Shown: in pieces, positions 12,543-21,018 of the stretch
Position numbering within the stretch: position 1 is the first letter of the stretch
How the letters are laid out: each line of letters opens with the position of its first letter
Virus record (IMG/VR): IMGVR_UViG_3300033892_000029
Origin: a virus
Reading direction: 5' to 3' (one strand)
DNA: 34,310 nucleotides
Made by a program: the position numbers and the translations under genes
The notes under the pieces: generated by a model
What the model was told of the DNA's origin: nothing
Databases searched by the model: none
Seen by the model: only the letters and a program-made list of their open reading frames with translations

Positions 12543-13652
12543 GTGAGCAACTATACCGATAACGGGGACGTCCTGTGGGCGTATCTGCTGGATACGCGCA
12601 CACTGTTGCACGACGCCTCGGGCGACTATTTCACCGACACCCAGCTGGTCAACTTCGTCAATCAGGCCCGGGTCCACACGGCGGTGGACACGGGCTGTCT
12701 GCGCACGCGCGAGACGATCGTCCTGCCGGCTGGCATCGAGCAGTTCAACATCGGCGGCGTCATCTCCCTGACCGGCGTCGCCACGCCCTCCGGCGGCACG
12801 CCGCCTTACAGCCTGGTCAGCGGCGGGGGGGCGGTCGCGGTCGCCAATGTGGACAATTCGCCCGGTACCTCGCTGTCGGTCGGCGTGGTGGACGGCGGTA
12901 CCTATTACCAGCCCCCGCTGGTCACCTTCGATGGGGCGCCGGTGCCGCTGTCGGCCACCGCGACCGCGGTGCTGAGCAGCACCTTGCCCTCGGCCGTCAC
13001 GCAGGTGGTGGTGAATCAGGACGCGGGCCTTTATGCCTCCGGCGGCGTCACGCCCAACGTGATCTTCACGCCCGCTGGCACCGCTGGCACCGCGCAGGAC
13101 AATGGCTCGGGCCAGCTGGAGGTCGTCACCCAAGGCTCGGGCCAGGTCGGTGGCATCGTGATCCAGGACGCGGCGGGCGTGATCACCAGCGTGCCGGCGT
13201 CGTCGGCCCTCATCTTGGATGCGCGCATCGCCAGCATCGATCAGGTCACCTGCAACGTGGGCTACCGCATTGCGCTGAAATCGATGGCCTATTCGGACTT
13301 CAACGTGGCCTATCGCGGCCAGCCGAATTACCAAGCTTGGCCCAACGCCTTCGCCATCTACGGCAACAGCCTGTTCCTGGGGCCGGTGCCCAGCAACGCC
13401 TACACCTACGAGCTGGACTGCATCCTCTACCCGTTGCCGTTGACGAGTGTCGGCCAGATGGGCCAGATCGCCGATCGGATGTGTCGCCAGCCGGTGCCGT
13501 ACTACGCGGCCTACCTGGCGCGGCTGTCGCAGGGTGAAGCCGATCAGGCCTCGCAGTTCCTGCAGCTCTACGAACGCATGACAGCGATGGCCGTCAATCG
13601 CTTCACCACCCGGCTTTCGACCCTCTGGCCCGACAACGAAAACCTCTACTGA
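12543..13652 (+). CDS. Virion structural protein (369 aa); head-tail adaptor candidate
   Basis: ORF track (GTG start). The conserved-looking N and C termini flank a Gly/Val/Thr-rich insertion. The role comes from gene order only. Confidence 0.65.
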   Translation: MSNYTDNGDVLWAYLLDTRTLLHDASGDYFTDTQLVNFVNQARVHTAVDTGCLRTRETIVLPAGIEQFNIGGVISLTGVATPSGGTPPYSLVSGGGAVAVANVDNSPGTSLSVGVVDGGTYYQPPLVTFDGAPVPLSATATAVLSSTLPSAVTQVVVNQDAGLYASGGVTPNVIFTPAGTAGTAQDNGSGQLEVVTQGSGQVGGIVIQDAAGVITSVPASSALILDARIASIDQVTCNVGYRIALKSMAYSDFNVAYRGQPNYQAWPNAFAIYGNSLFLGPVPSNAYTYELDCILYPLPLTSVGQMGQIADRMCRQPVPYYAAYLARLSQGEADQASQFLQLYERMTAMAVNRFTTRLSTLWPDNENLY

Positions 13653-13656
13653 TGCC

Positions 13657-15105
13657 ATGGCCGCCCCGTCCAACGCCTCGCCGCAACAGCCCCGCAGCCT
13701 GACGCTGATCGAGCGCAGCTTCCGCACGCTCAACCTGACCACCGGACCCACTGCGCTCAAGGACGGCGAATACCTGGAGCTGGAGAACCTGATGCCCTAT
13801 GGCGAGGGGCATCTGACCGTCTTCCCGGGGCCGGGCAATGCCATCGCCGCTCCCAGCGGCAAGACCATCAGCGCCACGTGGGGCATCGTGATCGCCTCGC
13901 AGCCCTACATCATCGGGCAAATGAGCGATGGCTCCGTGTATGCCGCCAAGCCGGGCAGCACCTTTGTGCTGATCGCCGCGGCCGGCAGTACCACCGTGGG
14001 CGGCCTGCACATCGACAAGTGGCAGGCCACCGATGCCGATGGCAATCCCGAGGCCATGCTGTGGGTGGACGTGGCCAAGGGCTATGGGTCGTGGACGGGT
14101 TCCACGTGGAACGTGTTGAACGCGGCGCGGACCGGTCAGTGTCTGGCGGTCTATGCCGGACGGGTGTGGATCGGTGTTGGCCAGGAAATCGTCTACACGG
14201 CGCCGGACTGCTACAACGATTTCAACGACGCCGACTACGCCGGCGCCTTTGCGATCACCGATCCGTCCATGAACGGCTTCATCATCGCCCTGCGGGCGAC
14301 CCAGAATTGGCTCTACATCATCGGCTCGGGCATGATGGCACTGAACAACGTGCAGGTGCAGAACGTGGCCGACTCCTCCGCCCTGTCCACGACCTTCTTC
14401 GTCACCCCCGTCTCCTCCTCGGTAGGACTGGTCACCGACCGCGCGGCGGTGGTACTGGACAACGTGCTGTTCCTGGTGACCAACACGGGCCTCTGGGGCT
14501 ACCGCGGGCTCAATGGCCAGAACATCGCCAACAACATGGGCGACAACTTCGACGGCTCGCAGGCGCTGTTCGCCTCGCAGGTGTACGGCCGCAATGTGCT
14601 GACCACCAGCGCGGGCTACAACCTGCTGGTCGATACCGGCCAGTGGTTCTCCACCATCACCGATTCCCTGAGCTGGGTGTCCACGGCGACGATCATCTGG
14701 GAAGGCCTGTCCGGCTGGGTGACCAACGGCGCCTACGTCTACCAATTCGGCTCGGATTTCGTGACCGTGCGCAATGCGGTCATGCACAGCAAGCTGTTCG
14801 ATTGCGGCAACGGCGCCGCCAACAAGCGGGCGATCAACGCGGGCTTCGAGCTGTATCAGGATGGCCTGCTGCCCTCGCCGCCGACCGGCCGCAGCATCAC
14901 CGGCACGTGGAACCTGGTCGGCTACAAGAGCACGTCACCGTCGCAGTCCTTCGGCGCGCTGGACGTGACGCAGAACCACTGGGTGCACGGCACCACCTCC
15001 CTGACCGACCGCTATCTGGGGCTCGAGCTGAACCTGTCCGCGCCGCCCTCCTGCGCGGTGGGCGCCTTCATGATCCAGTTCCAGGAGTCCACCGAATGGC
15101 CGTGA
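13657..15105 (+). CDS. Virion structural protein (482 aa); tail hub/nozzle-type candidate
   Basis: ORF track. Repetitive beta-strand-like sequence. The role comes from gene order only. Confidence 0.65.
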   Translation: MAAPSNASPQQPRSLTLIERSFRTLNLTTGPTALKDGEYLELENLMPYGEGHLTVFPGPGNAIAAPSGKTISATWGIVIASQPYIIGQMSDGSVYAAKPGSTFVLIAAAGSTTVGGLHIDKWQATDADGNPEAMLWVDVAKGYGSWTGSTWNVLNAARTGQCLAVYAGRVWIGVGQEIVYTAPDCYNDFNDADYAGAFAITDPSMNGFIIALRATQNWLYIIGSGMMALNNVQVQNVADSSALSTTFFVTPVSSSVGLVTDRAAVVLDNVLFLVTNTGLWGYRGLNGQNIANNMGDNFDGSQALFASQVYGRNVLTTSAGYNLLVDTGQWFSTITDSLSWVSTATIIWEGLSGWVTNGAYVYQFGSDFVTVRNAVMHSKLFDCGNGAANKRAINAGFELYQDGLLPSPPTGRSITGTWNLVGYKSTSPSQSFGALDVTQNHWVHGTTSLTDRYLGLELNLSAPPSCAVGAFMIQFQESTEWP

Positions 15106-16145
15106 TCGTCGGTCAAGGCGTCCAGGCCTCTCCCGCCACACCCACGGCGCAGGAGCTGCTGTCGATCTTGAGTGGCCAGCTGACGCTTTCGGATGTGGCC
15201 GACAGCCCGCAGGCGGCGCGTTATGCGGTGGCATCCGTGGATGCCGCCAACATGCCGCTGCTGCAAGGCGTGACGCCGGTCGCCGGCACGCCGTGGCCGG
15301 ACAGTGCGGGGGTGACGCAATTCAATGGACGTACGGGATCGGTCACTGTGCAATCGACCGATCTGCCGCAGGTGCAGGCGGGCGGCGTGCGCAGCGTGCT
15401 CTCGACCTCGCCGCTCACCTACAGCACGATCGGCACGGCCGCTCCCTACACCATCCAGTTCAGCTGTGCGGCGGTGTCGGTGACCTATGGCGGCGAGACG
15501 GTCAGTTACAATGCGGCCGCGCCGGTGGACGCTACCCAAGGCGCAAGCAGCACCGTCACCTACTACCTCTATTATCTCGACCCCACCTACAGCGGCGGCA
15601 CGAAAACGCTGCAGGTCACCACGTCGGTACAGACGCTCTCCTCCGCGGCCGGCATCCTGAACCTGGGCTCCTGCACGGTGACCACGCCGGCGTCGGGTAG
15701 CGGCAGTGGCGGCGGCGGCAGTGGCGGCGGCGGCCTGTGCGTGACCGAGACCATGTGGTTGCGCGAGGGGCTGCAGGCGAAGGATGCCCAGCTCGGCGAC
15801 GAATTCGATTGCCTGGACCTGCCCCGCGGCCTCGATCGGCATAGGCGCCCGCTGCTGTCGTTCGAGATCGGCGAGGAGCCGTGCGTGCGCCTGACTGCCG
15901 ACGACGGCTGCCAGCTGGAATGCAGCGTCAGTACGCCCTTCGACCTGCCGGGCGGCGGCAGCGCGCGGGCGCCGGATATGCTGCAGCGGCAGGTGATCAC
16001 GGATCGGGGGATGGCCACCGTGCAGCAGGTGGAACCGCTGGGCGTGCGCCGGGTGCTACGCTTCCACCTGGGCGGCGTCAGCTATGCGGCCGGCGTCGAA
16101 CCCACAGCACGCATCTATTCCCACAACGCGACCGAGAAGCCCTGA
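15096..16145 (+). CDS. Tail-region protein (349 aa) with a Gly/Ser linker and a C-terminal Hint (intein-like) domain
   Basis: ATG at 15096 in the frame of ORF 13878..16145, a 10-nt overlap with the previous gene. ...TTPASGSGSGGGGSGGGGL then CVTETMWLREGLQAKDAQLGDEFDCLD...RLTADDGCQLECSVSTPF...ARIYSHN-ATEKP. Confidence 0.7.
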   Translation: MAVIVGQGVQASPATPTAQELLSILSGQLTLSDVADSPQAARYAVASVDAANMPLLQGVTPVAGTPWPDSAGVTQFNGRTGSVTVQSTDLPQVQAGGVRSVLSTSPLTYSTIGTAAPYTIQFSCAAVSVTYGGETVSYNAAAPVDATQGASSTVTYYLYYLDPTYSGGTKTLQVTTSVQTLSSAAGILNLGSCTVTTPASGSGSGGGGSGGGGLCVTETMWLREGLQAKDAQLGDEFDCLDLPRGLDRHRRPLLSFEIGEEPCVRLTADDGCQLECSVSTPFDLPGGGSARAPDMLQRQVITDRGMATVQQVEPLGVRRVLRFHLGGVSYAAGVEPTARIYSHNATEKP

Positions 16146-16157
16146 GGTGACCGAACC

Positions 16158-16433
16158 ATGTACTGCGTCCACCTGTGTCCGAATCCGCCTGCCCTGCCGG
16201 TCGCCCGGGAGGAGTACCACTGGCTGCCGGTCGCGGGGAATCAGGTGCTGCTGATCCATCCGGATTGCCATCACTGCGGGCAACCGTCCACGCGGCTGCC
16301 GCATGTGCTGGCCGGGGAAGCGGTGGGCACCACCGTGGCGACGGCGCTGGCCGCCTTCGGGGTGGTGGAAAGCGACACCCTTCTGCACGCCATGCTCAAG
16401 GTCGCGCCGAGCTGGGCGCAGGCTTGGCCCTGA
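16158..16433 (+). CDS. Hypothetical protein (91 aa)
   Basis: ORF track. Cys/His-containing N-terminal half (CVHLC...HPDCHHC). Confidence 0.55.
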   Translation: MYCVHLCPNPPALPVAREEYHWLPVAGNQVLLIHPDCHHCGQPSTRLPHVLAGEAVGTTVATALAAFGVVESDTLLHAMLKVAPSWAQAWP

Positions 16434-16449
16434 TCGACGGAGACGGCTC

Positions 16450-16629
16450 ATGCCCCTGCATCGTGGCACCTCACCGAAGACCGTTCGTCGCAACATCCGG
16501 GAATTTCGCACCGGCACCACCTACGCGCGCACGAAACGCAAGTACGGCGCGAAGGTCGCCAACCGTCAGGCCATCGCGGCCGCCCTGCATGAGAAGCGCC
16601 GTTCCGGGCGCAAAGGACATCGCACATGA
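16450..16629 (+). CDS. Small basic protein (59 aa)
   Basis: ATG at 16450 in the frame of ORF 16303..16629. MPLHRGTSPKTVRRNIREFRTGTTYARTKRKYGAKVANRQAIAAALHEKRRSGRKGHRT. From memory it resembles the DUF6496-type small proteins; unverified. Confidence 0.5.
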   Translation: MPLHRGTSPKTVRRNIREFRTGTTYARTKRKYGAKVANRQAIAAALHEKRRSGRKGHRT

Positions 16630-18149
16630 GTTACCCCGCAGGCTGGGATCTGGTCACCGTCACCGGGACCTACATTGGCAAGAATGGCGTACCGTGCGCC
16701 GGCTCGGTCACGTTCTCCTCGCCGCAACTGGTGTTGCGCTCGGGCACCGTGGTGCCGGCGGCCGACATCGTGTTCGACCTCAACAGCAGTGGCGCGTTCA
16801 GTGGGCAGGTGCCGGCCACCGATGATCCCAACGCGCAGCCGACCGGCTGGCTCTACACGGTGACTGAGAATGTGCCCGGCGGTCGCCAGGGCCTTCTGAT
16901 CGCCGCGCCGAATGCCTCCCCCGGCATCGACATGTCCACCGTGGTGCCGGTCACCATGCCGGTGCCACCCTCGTATCCCTACCCGCTGGCGACCCTGCAG
17001 CAACTGGCCTCCGAAGTCGCGCCCACCGGTGCCTCGCTGATCGGATTCCTGCAGGTGGGTACCGGCGCGGTCGGGCGCACGCTGCAGAACAAGGTGCAGG
17101 AACGCGTCTGCCTGAACGACTTCGGCGCCACCGGCTTCACTGCCATGACAGCCGCGGTCGATGCCATCCAGGCCATCGGCGGTGGCACCCTGCGCATGCC
17201 CAACGGCACGCAGAACACGCCCGTGCCCGGCAACTACTGGGGCGGCACGCTGCAGCCGGGCAACATCGGCGGCGTGCTGGTCGATTATGACGGCCCCTAT
17301 GTGCCGGTGGCGATGTTCCTGGAGCAGTACGGCACGTCCTACTACTCGGAGAAGGTCTACCGCTTCTACGAGAACCAAGCGCACGCCGGCTACGGGCACA
17401 GCGTGGTGCACATCGAGAACGAGGCCTATGGTACCGGCGCGATCGGTCCGACCAACGCGGACTTCGCGCTGACCATCAACTTGCGCAAGCAGGGCGCGGG
17501 CAGCGGTTCGGCGGTCGCGGGCGAACTCGATGGCGCGTACATCGGTGTGCGTAACGACGGCAGCAATTCCGACACGACCGGCTTCCTGATCGACGTGGGC
17601 CAGTACGGCACCGGCTTCAACGCGGCGTTCGAGGCGAACATCGAATCGTTCGTGTCCGGATCGGTGGCGTTGCAAATGGACGTCCAGTGCGGCGTCATCG
17701 ACACGCGCACCAACAACCAGTACGGGCTGGTGCTGAATGCAGAGAAGGGCACGCTGGGCTATGGCATCCTCCTCCAGTCCGTATCGGGCGCCAACTGGAC
17801 CAACTTCATCGTCGGCTCCTACAACCAGAAGAACGTCTATCAGCTGAGCGCCAGCGGCGAGACCTATATCACCAGCACGGATGGCACGCACAACGTATCC
17901 TTCGGCATTGACCCGTCTTCATACGTGTACTACATCAATGTGGCCTCGAATACCTCCCGCATTGTTTCGCTCGACCAGTCCGGCAATCTCTCGCTGGCCG
18001 GCTGGCTGAATGTGGGCGGCACCGAGATCCTGGGTGCGGTAGCGACCACGGCCACGGCCGGCACCGCCACATTGCCGTCCAATCCGGTCGGCTTCATGAC
18101 CATCAGCAACGGTGGCACGACCTACAAGATCCCCTACTACCACACCTGA
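16626..18149 (+). CDS. Tailspike/tail fiber with a pectate-lyase-like beta-helix (507 aa); depolymerase candidate
   Basis: ORF track. GASLIGFLQVGTGAVGRTLQNKVQERVCLNDFGATG followed by GGGTLRMPNG matches the N-terminal signature of pectate_lyase_3-type phage tailspikes. The rest is Gly/Asn/Thr-rich and periodic. Confidence 0.7.
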   Translation: MSYPAGWDLVTVTGTYIGKNGVPCAGSVTFSSPQLVLRSGTVVPAADIVFDLNSSGAFSGQVPATDDPNAQPTGWLYTVTENVPGGRQGLLIAAPNASPGIDMSTVVPVTMPVPPSYPYPLATLQQLASEVAPTGASLIGFLQVGTGAVGRTLQNKVQERVCLNDFGATGFTAMTAAVDAIQAIGGGTLRMPNGTQNTPVPGNYWGGTLQPGNIGGVLVDYDGPYVPVAMFLEQYGTSYYSEKVYRFYENQAHAGYGHSVVHIENEAYGTGAIGPTNADFALTINLRKQGAGSGSAVAGELDGAYIGVRNDGSNSDTTGFLIDVGQYGTGFNAAFEANIESFVSGSVALQMDVQCGVIDTRTNNQYGLVLNAEKGTLGYGILLQSVSGANWTNFIVGSYNQKNVYQLSASGETYITSTDGTHNVSFGIDPSSYVYYINVASNTSRIVSLDQSGNLSLAGWLNVGGTEILGAVATTATAGTATLPSNPVGFMTISNGGTTYKIPYYHT

Positions 18150-18156
18150 GGTGCCT

Positions 18157-18453
18157 ATGCAGCGCGATTTTTCCGTAGCCCTGAAGTCGATCGGCGACAT
18201 CGCCATTGTCGATAACGGCCAGCCCGTCACCCTGAAGATGGTGGCGATCAATGCCTTGCTGTCCAACGACGAGGCCGACAGGGGACAGAGCGGGGAGGAG
18301 AAATACAAGCGCTTCAAACTGGCCGATCGCATCCATGCCTCCGATACGGTCGAGGTGTCGGTTGAGGAGCTGGCGCTCATCAAGCGGCTGATCGGGCTGA
18401 TCTATCCGCCGGTGATCGTCGGTTCGGCCTATGCCGCGCTGGAAAGCACCTGA
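18157..18453 (+). CDS. Hypothetical protein (98 aa)
   Basis: ATG at 18157 in the frame of ORF 18112..18453. GAGG lies upstream. Confidence 0.6.
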   Translation: MQRDFSVALKSIGDIAIVDNGQPVTLKMVAINALLSNDEADRGQSGEEKYKRFKLADRIHASDTVEVSVEELALIKRLIGLIYPPVIVGSAYAALEST

Positions 18454-18460
18454 GATCGCC

Positions 18461-18736
18461 ATGACGAGCCAGGACTTCGATGCCGCCAATTACCTCACGG
18501 CCATTGCGATATGGTCAACCGAGGGCGTGCTCGGCCTGACCGTCATGGGCTTGTTGTACCTGTGGCAGGCGCACTACCGATTCCGCGAGCAGGTGGCCAA
18601 CACTTACGTCAAGCACAACGACCTGATCACCAAGATCAGCAAGGTGGAAAACGACATCGGCGAAATGCGGAAAATGCAGGAGCGCATCTTGGTTCTGGTC
18701 GCTGAATTGCGAGGATCGCATCATGGAAAGGCATGA
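18461..18736 (+). CDS. Membrane protein (91 aa), one TM segment plus a coiled-coil tail
   Basis: ATG at 18461 (alternative at 18431). LTAIAIWSTEGVLGLTVMGLLYLW is hydrophobic. Confidence 0.55.
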   Translation: MTSQDFDAANYLTAIAIWSTEGVLGLTVMGLLYLWQAHYRFREQVANTYVKHNDLITKISKVENDIGEMRKMQERILVLVAELRGSHHGKA

Positions 18737-19019
18737 CAACGAACGCGAATTGATGGAGACGCTGGAGCGTTTCGAGTCGGTGCTTCGCGGCGCCCATATC
18801 AGCGCCGGCAGCTCCTCCGTCAACGTGAACGTGCAGGATAGCAAGCGCGTGACGGTGGCCGTCTGCTGCGCGATCTTCTCGGCCGTGATGTTCCTGGCCA
18901 TGCTGATCATCGGCAGCGTGTTGTACATCGACATGGCCGATCATCTGGATGCGATCTACATGATCGCGCCCAGTCTCAACCACCCCACTCCCGGAGTCAC
19001 CCATGAGCAGCACCCCTGA
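18723..19019 (+). CDS. Membrane protein (98 aa)
   Basis: ORF track. The hydrophobic span is VTVAVCCAIFSAVMFLAMLIIGSVLYI. Confidence 0.55.
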   Translation: MERHDNERELMETLERFESVLRGAHISAGSSSVNVNVQDSKRVTVAVCCAIFSAVMFLAMLIIGSVLYIDMADHLDAIYMIAPSLNHPTPGVTHEQHP

Positions 19020-19134
19020 ACCCAAGGAAGCCCGTGAATTCACCTCGCGCCTGGACGCCATTGCGTTCCTGAGCGAGATGACCACCGAGCCGGCCAGCAT
19101 TATCATCCTGACGCCGCCGCCACCCCCCCAGTAA
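19003..19134 (+). CDS. Possible small protein (43 aa)
   Basis: Hand translation: MSSTPEPKEARELTSRLDAIAFLSEMTTEPASIIILTPPPPPQ-like sequence. Overlaps the previous gene by 17 nt and ends 2 nt before the next ATG. Confidence 0.35.
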   Translation: MSSTPEPKEAREFTSRLDAIAFLSEMTTEPASIIILTPPPPPQ

Positions 19135-19136
19135 TC

Positions 19137-19394
19137 ATGTTCGCGTTCCTTTCACGCGGCATCGACTGGATGATGGCCGAGACGCCCAACCTGGAGCGTC
19201 TGTCCATCGCCTCCAGCGTGCCGGTGTATCTGGGGCTGGCGATCTTCCACACGCTGAAGACGCACGACTTCAATGGCGGCGACTTCGGCGCGGGCTTGGC
19301 CGCCCTGGTCGGCGGCATCTCGGGTGCGATCGGGCTCAATACGTGGGTGCGCTCGCGCCCGGGCGGCCGCGACAGGGACGGCCCGGGACCATGA
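19137..19394 (+). CDS. Membrane protein (85 aa), two hydrophobic segments; holin-class candidate
   Basis: ORF track. SVPVYLGLAIFHTL and GAGLAALVGGISGAIGL, followed by a charged C-terminus. Confidence 0.5.
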   Translation: MFAFLSRGIDWMMAETPNLERLSIASSVPVYLGLAIFHTLKTHDFNGGDFGAGLAALVGGISGAIGLNTWVRSRPGGRDRDGPGP

Positions 19395-19473
19395 TCGCTT
19401 GCCTCGCAAGCTCCCAGAGCAGCGGAGCTGCGATGATCGTTTGCTCGCAAACGCTCAGAGCAGGGGACCTGCG
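19391..19473 (+). repeat. Tandem duplication (42 + 41 nt, about 83% identical) of a unit starting ATGATCG; the third ATGATCG at 19474 starts the next gene
   Basis: Unit 1 is ATGATCGCTTGCCTCGCAAGCTCCCAGAGCAGCGGAGCTGCG. Unit 2 is ATGATCGTTTGCTCGCAAACGCTCAGAGCAGGGGACCTGCG. Each contains a short hairpin (GCTTGC-CTC-GCAAGC and GTTTGC-TC-GCAAAC). Confidence 0.8.
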
Positions 19474-19860
19474 ATGATCGCCCGGATCACCGGTCTGGCC
19501 TGCGCCCTGTACCGTCAGCGGATCAAGGCGCTGGCGACGGTGGCCTGTCTGCGCCTGCCCTACCGGTATGACCCGGAAGCGGTGTACCGGGACTGTCTCG
19601 CTGGCGTGCAGGAGCTGTGGACGGACGGGGTGACCTATTGCATCGTGGAAACGCTGGAGCGCACGGATGGGCGCTTCCTGTGGCTGGCCTTTGCCGCCGG
19701 TCGCCTGCGTGAGGCGCTGGCCTGCTATACGCAGGTGGAGGAGGCCGCGCGCGCCTTGGGGTATGATGCGATTGCATTTACCGGGCGCCGGGGCTGGTCG
19801 CAGGTGCTGCCGGGGTTCGTGCGCCATGACGATGACGGTTGGATCAAGAGGCTACACTGA
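19474..19860 (+). CDS. Hypothetical protein (128 aa)
   Basis: ATG at 19474 in the frame of ORF 19273..19860. MIARITGLACALYRQRIKALATVACLRLPYRYDPEAVYRDCLAGVQELWTDGVTYCIVETLERTDGRFLWLAFAAGR... Confidence 0.6.
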   Translation: MIARITGLACALYRQRIKALATVACLRLPYRYDPEAVYRDCLAGVQELWTDGVTYCIVETLERTDGRFLWLAFAAGRLREALACYTQVEEAARALGYDAIAFTGRRGWSQVLPGFVRHDDDGWIKRLH

Positions 19861-20411
19861 TGGGTGGCAAAGGTGGCAGCAGCACGCCCTCGACCACGCC
19901 CGCCGAACAGCAGGCGTCGGCGTCGGCCCAGCCGTACCTGGCGGAATACAACTCCGGCACGCTGAATGCGACCGATCAGGCAACCGTCAATCTGGCCGAT
20001 ACCAACCAGACGGCCGCGACGTTGCAGTCCTTCGCCGAGAGCGGCATGGGCGCCTCGACCAGTCTGGGACAGGCGGTGGGCACCGTCACCAAGGGCACCA
20101 GCACGACGGGCATGCAGGCCGGCGCCGGGAGTGCCGTGGACCTGTCCAAGCTGTCGCTGACCAACCAGATCCTCAACTACGACCTGCAGATGGGGCAGGC
20201 CTACCTGCAGATCAGCAGCGGCCAGGCCGCCGATCTGGCCACGATCCAGGAGGATCAGGCGCAGGCCACGGCGGCGGCCTTCTCCAAGGTGTCGCAGTCC
20301 TTCGCCCAGATCCTGGGGACGCCGGAGACCAGCACCGACCTGGGGGGCGGCTATGGCGGGGACGACAGTGATGCCGGCGCCAGTTCGCAATCCGCTTGGC
20401 TGGGAGACTGA
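19860..20411 (+). CDS. Internal virion/ejection-type protein candidate (183 aa)
   Basis: ATG at 19860 (TGATG overlap). Ser/Thr/Gln/Ala/Gly-rich with a low-complexity start (MGGKGGSSTPSTTPAEQQ...). The role is inferred from composition and position ahead of the giant gene. Confidence 0.6.
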   Translation: MGGKGGSSTPSTTPAEQQASASAQPYLAEYNSGTLNATDQATVNLADTNQTAATLQSFAESGMGASTSLGQAVGTVTKGTSTTGMQAGAGSAVDLSKLSLTNQILNYDLQMGQAYLQISSGQAADLATIQEDQAQATAAAFSKVSQSFAQILGTPETSTDLGGGYGGDDSDAGASSQSAWLGD

Positions 20412-20417
20412 GATCTC

Positions 20418-21014
20418 ATGACCACGACCACTACCACGACGCCCTTGGTTGCGGCCACGCCGACCGCCACACCGACGCCGACGCCGACGCCGACCTATCA
20501 GCCGGAGACCGCCACGCCCATCACCACGCGGGCGACCTCGACCGGGCCGATGCCGTCCAAGCAGGAAACGCTGCTGAACCAGATCGCCGGGCTGGCCTTG
20601 TCCTATAGCCAAGGCGTGGCGCCCGGACAGGTCAACGCCCAGCAGCAGCAGGTGTTGAGCGCGTGGCGCAACAATGCCGATTCCGACTACAGCCAGTTCA
20701 TGGCTAACCAGGGGCTGTCGATGGTGTCTTCCAACCCGGGCGTGCTGTTCAACGAGGAACTGGCCACGGCCCAGTCGCAGTGGTCGATGCAGGATGCGCA
20801 GGGCGCCCTGTCGATGCTGGGGCTGTCGGCCAAGGACTGGGACGAATACCAGAAGCTGAAGGAAGAAGACGAGCAGCGTCACGACAACTTCCTGTTCGGC
20901 GCGGTCGAGACCGTGGCGGGCGCGGCACTGACCTTCTTCTCCGCCGGCACCCTGAGTGCCGCGGGCGTGCCCCTGATGGCGCAGGGCGTCGGCGCGATGG
21001 CCGGCAATTCCTGA
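20418..21014 (+). CDS. Internal virion-type protein candidate (198 aa) with a Thr/Pro-rich N-terminus and hydrophobic C-terminus
   Basis: ORF track. MTTTTTTTPLVAATPTATPTPTPTPTYQPE... at the start and ...FGAVETVAGAALTFFSAGTLSAAGVPLMAQGVGAMAG at the end. Confidence 0.6.
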   Translation: MTTTTTTTPLVAATPTATPTPTPTPTYQPETATPITTRATSTGPMPSKQETLLNQIAGLALSYSQGVAPGQVNAQQQQVLSAWRNNADSDYSQFMANQGLSMVSSNPGVLFNEELATAQSQWSMQDAQGALSMLGLSAKDWDEYQKLKEEDEQRHDNFLFGAVETVAGAALTFFSAGTLSAAGVPLMAQGVGAMAGNS

Positions 21015-21018
21015 GGAT

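Noticed and set aside
12504-14787. Minus-strand ORFs 12504..13760 (418 aa) and 13603..14787 (394 aa)
   Set aside because: Shadow ORFs antisense to structural genes, with an Arg/Gly/Asp/His-rich composition.
13878-16145. 755-aa plus ORF taken as a single gene
   Set aside because: Its first ~400 codons are an out-of-frame read of gene 13657..15105 with an Arg/Gly-rich product. Protein-like sequence begins only at the ATG at 15096.
16566-17891. 441-aa minus ORF antisense to the tailspike
   Set aside because: Shadow ORF. The plus strand has the pectate-lyase-type signature.
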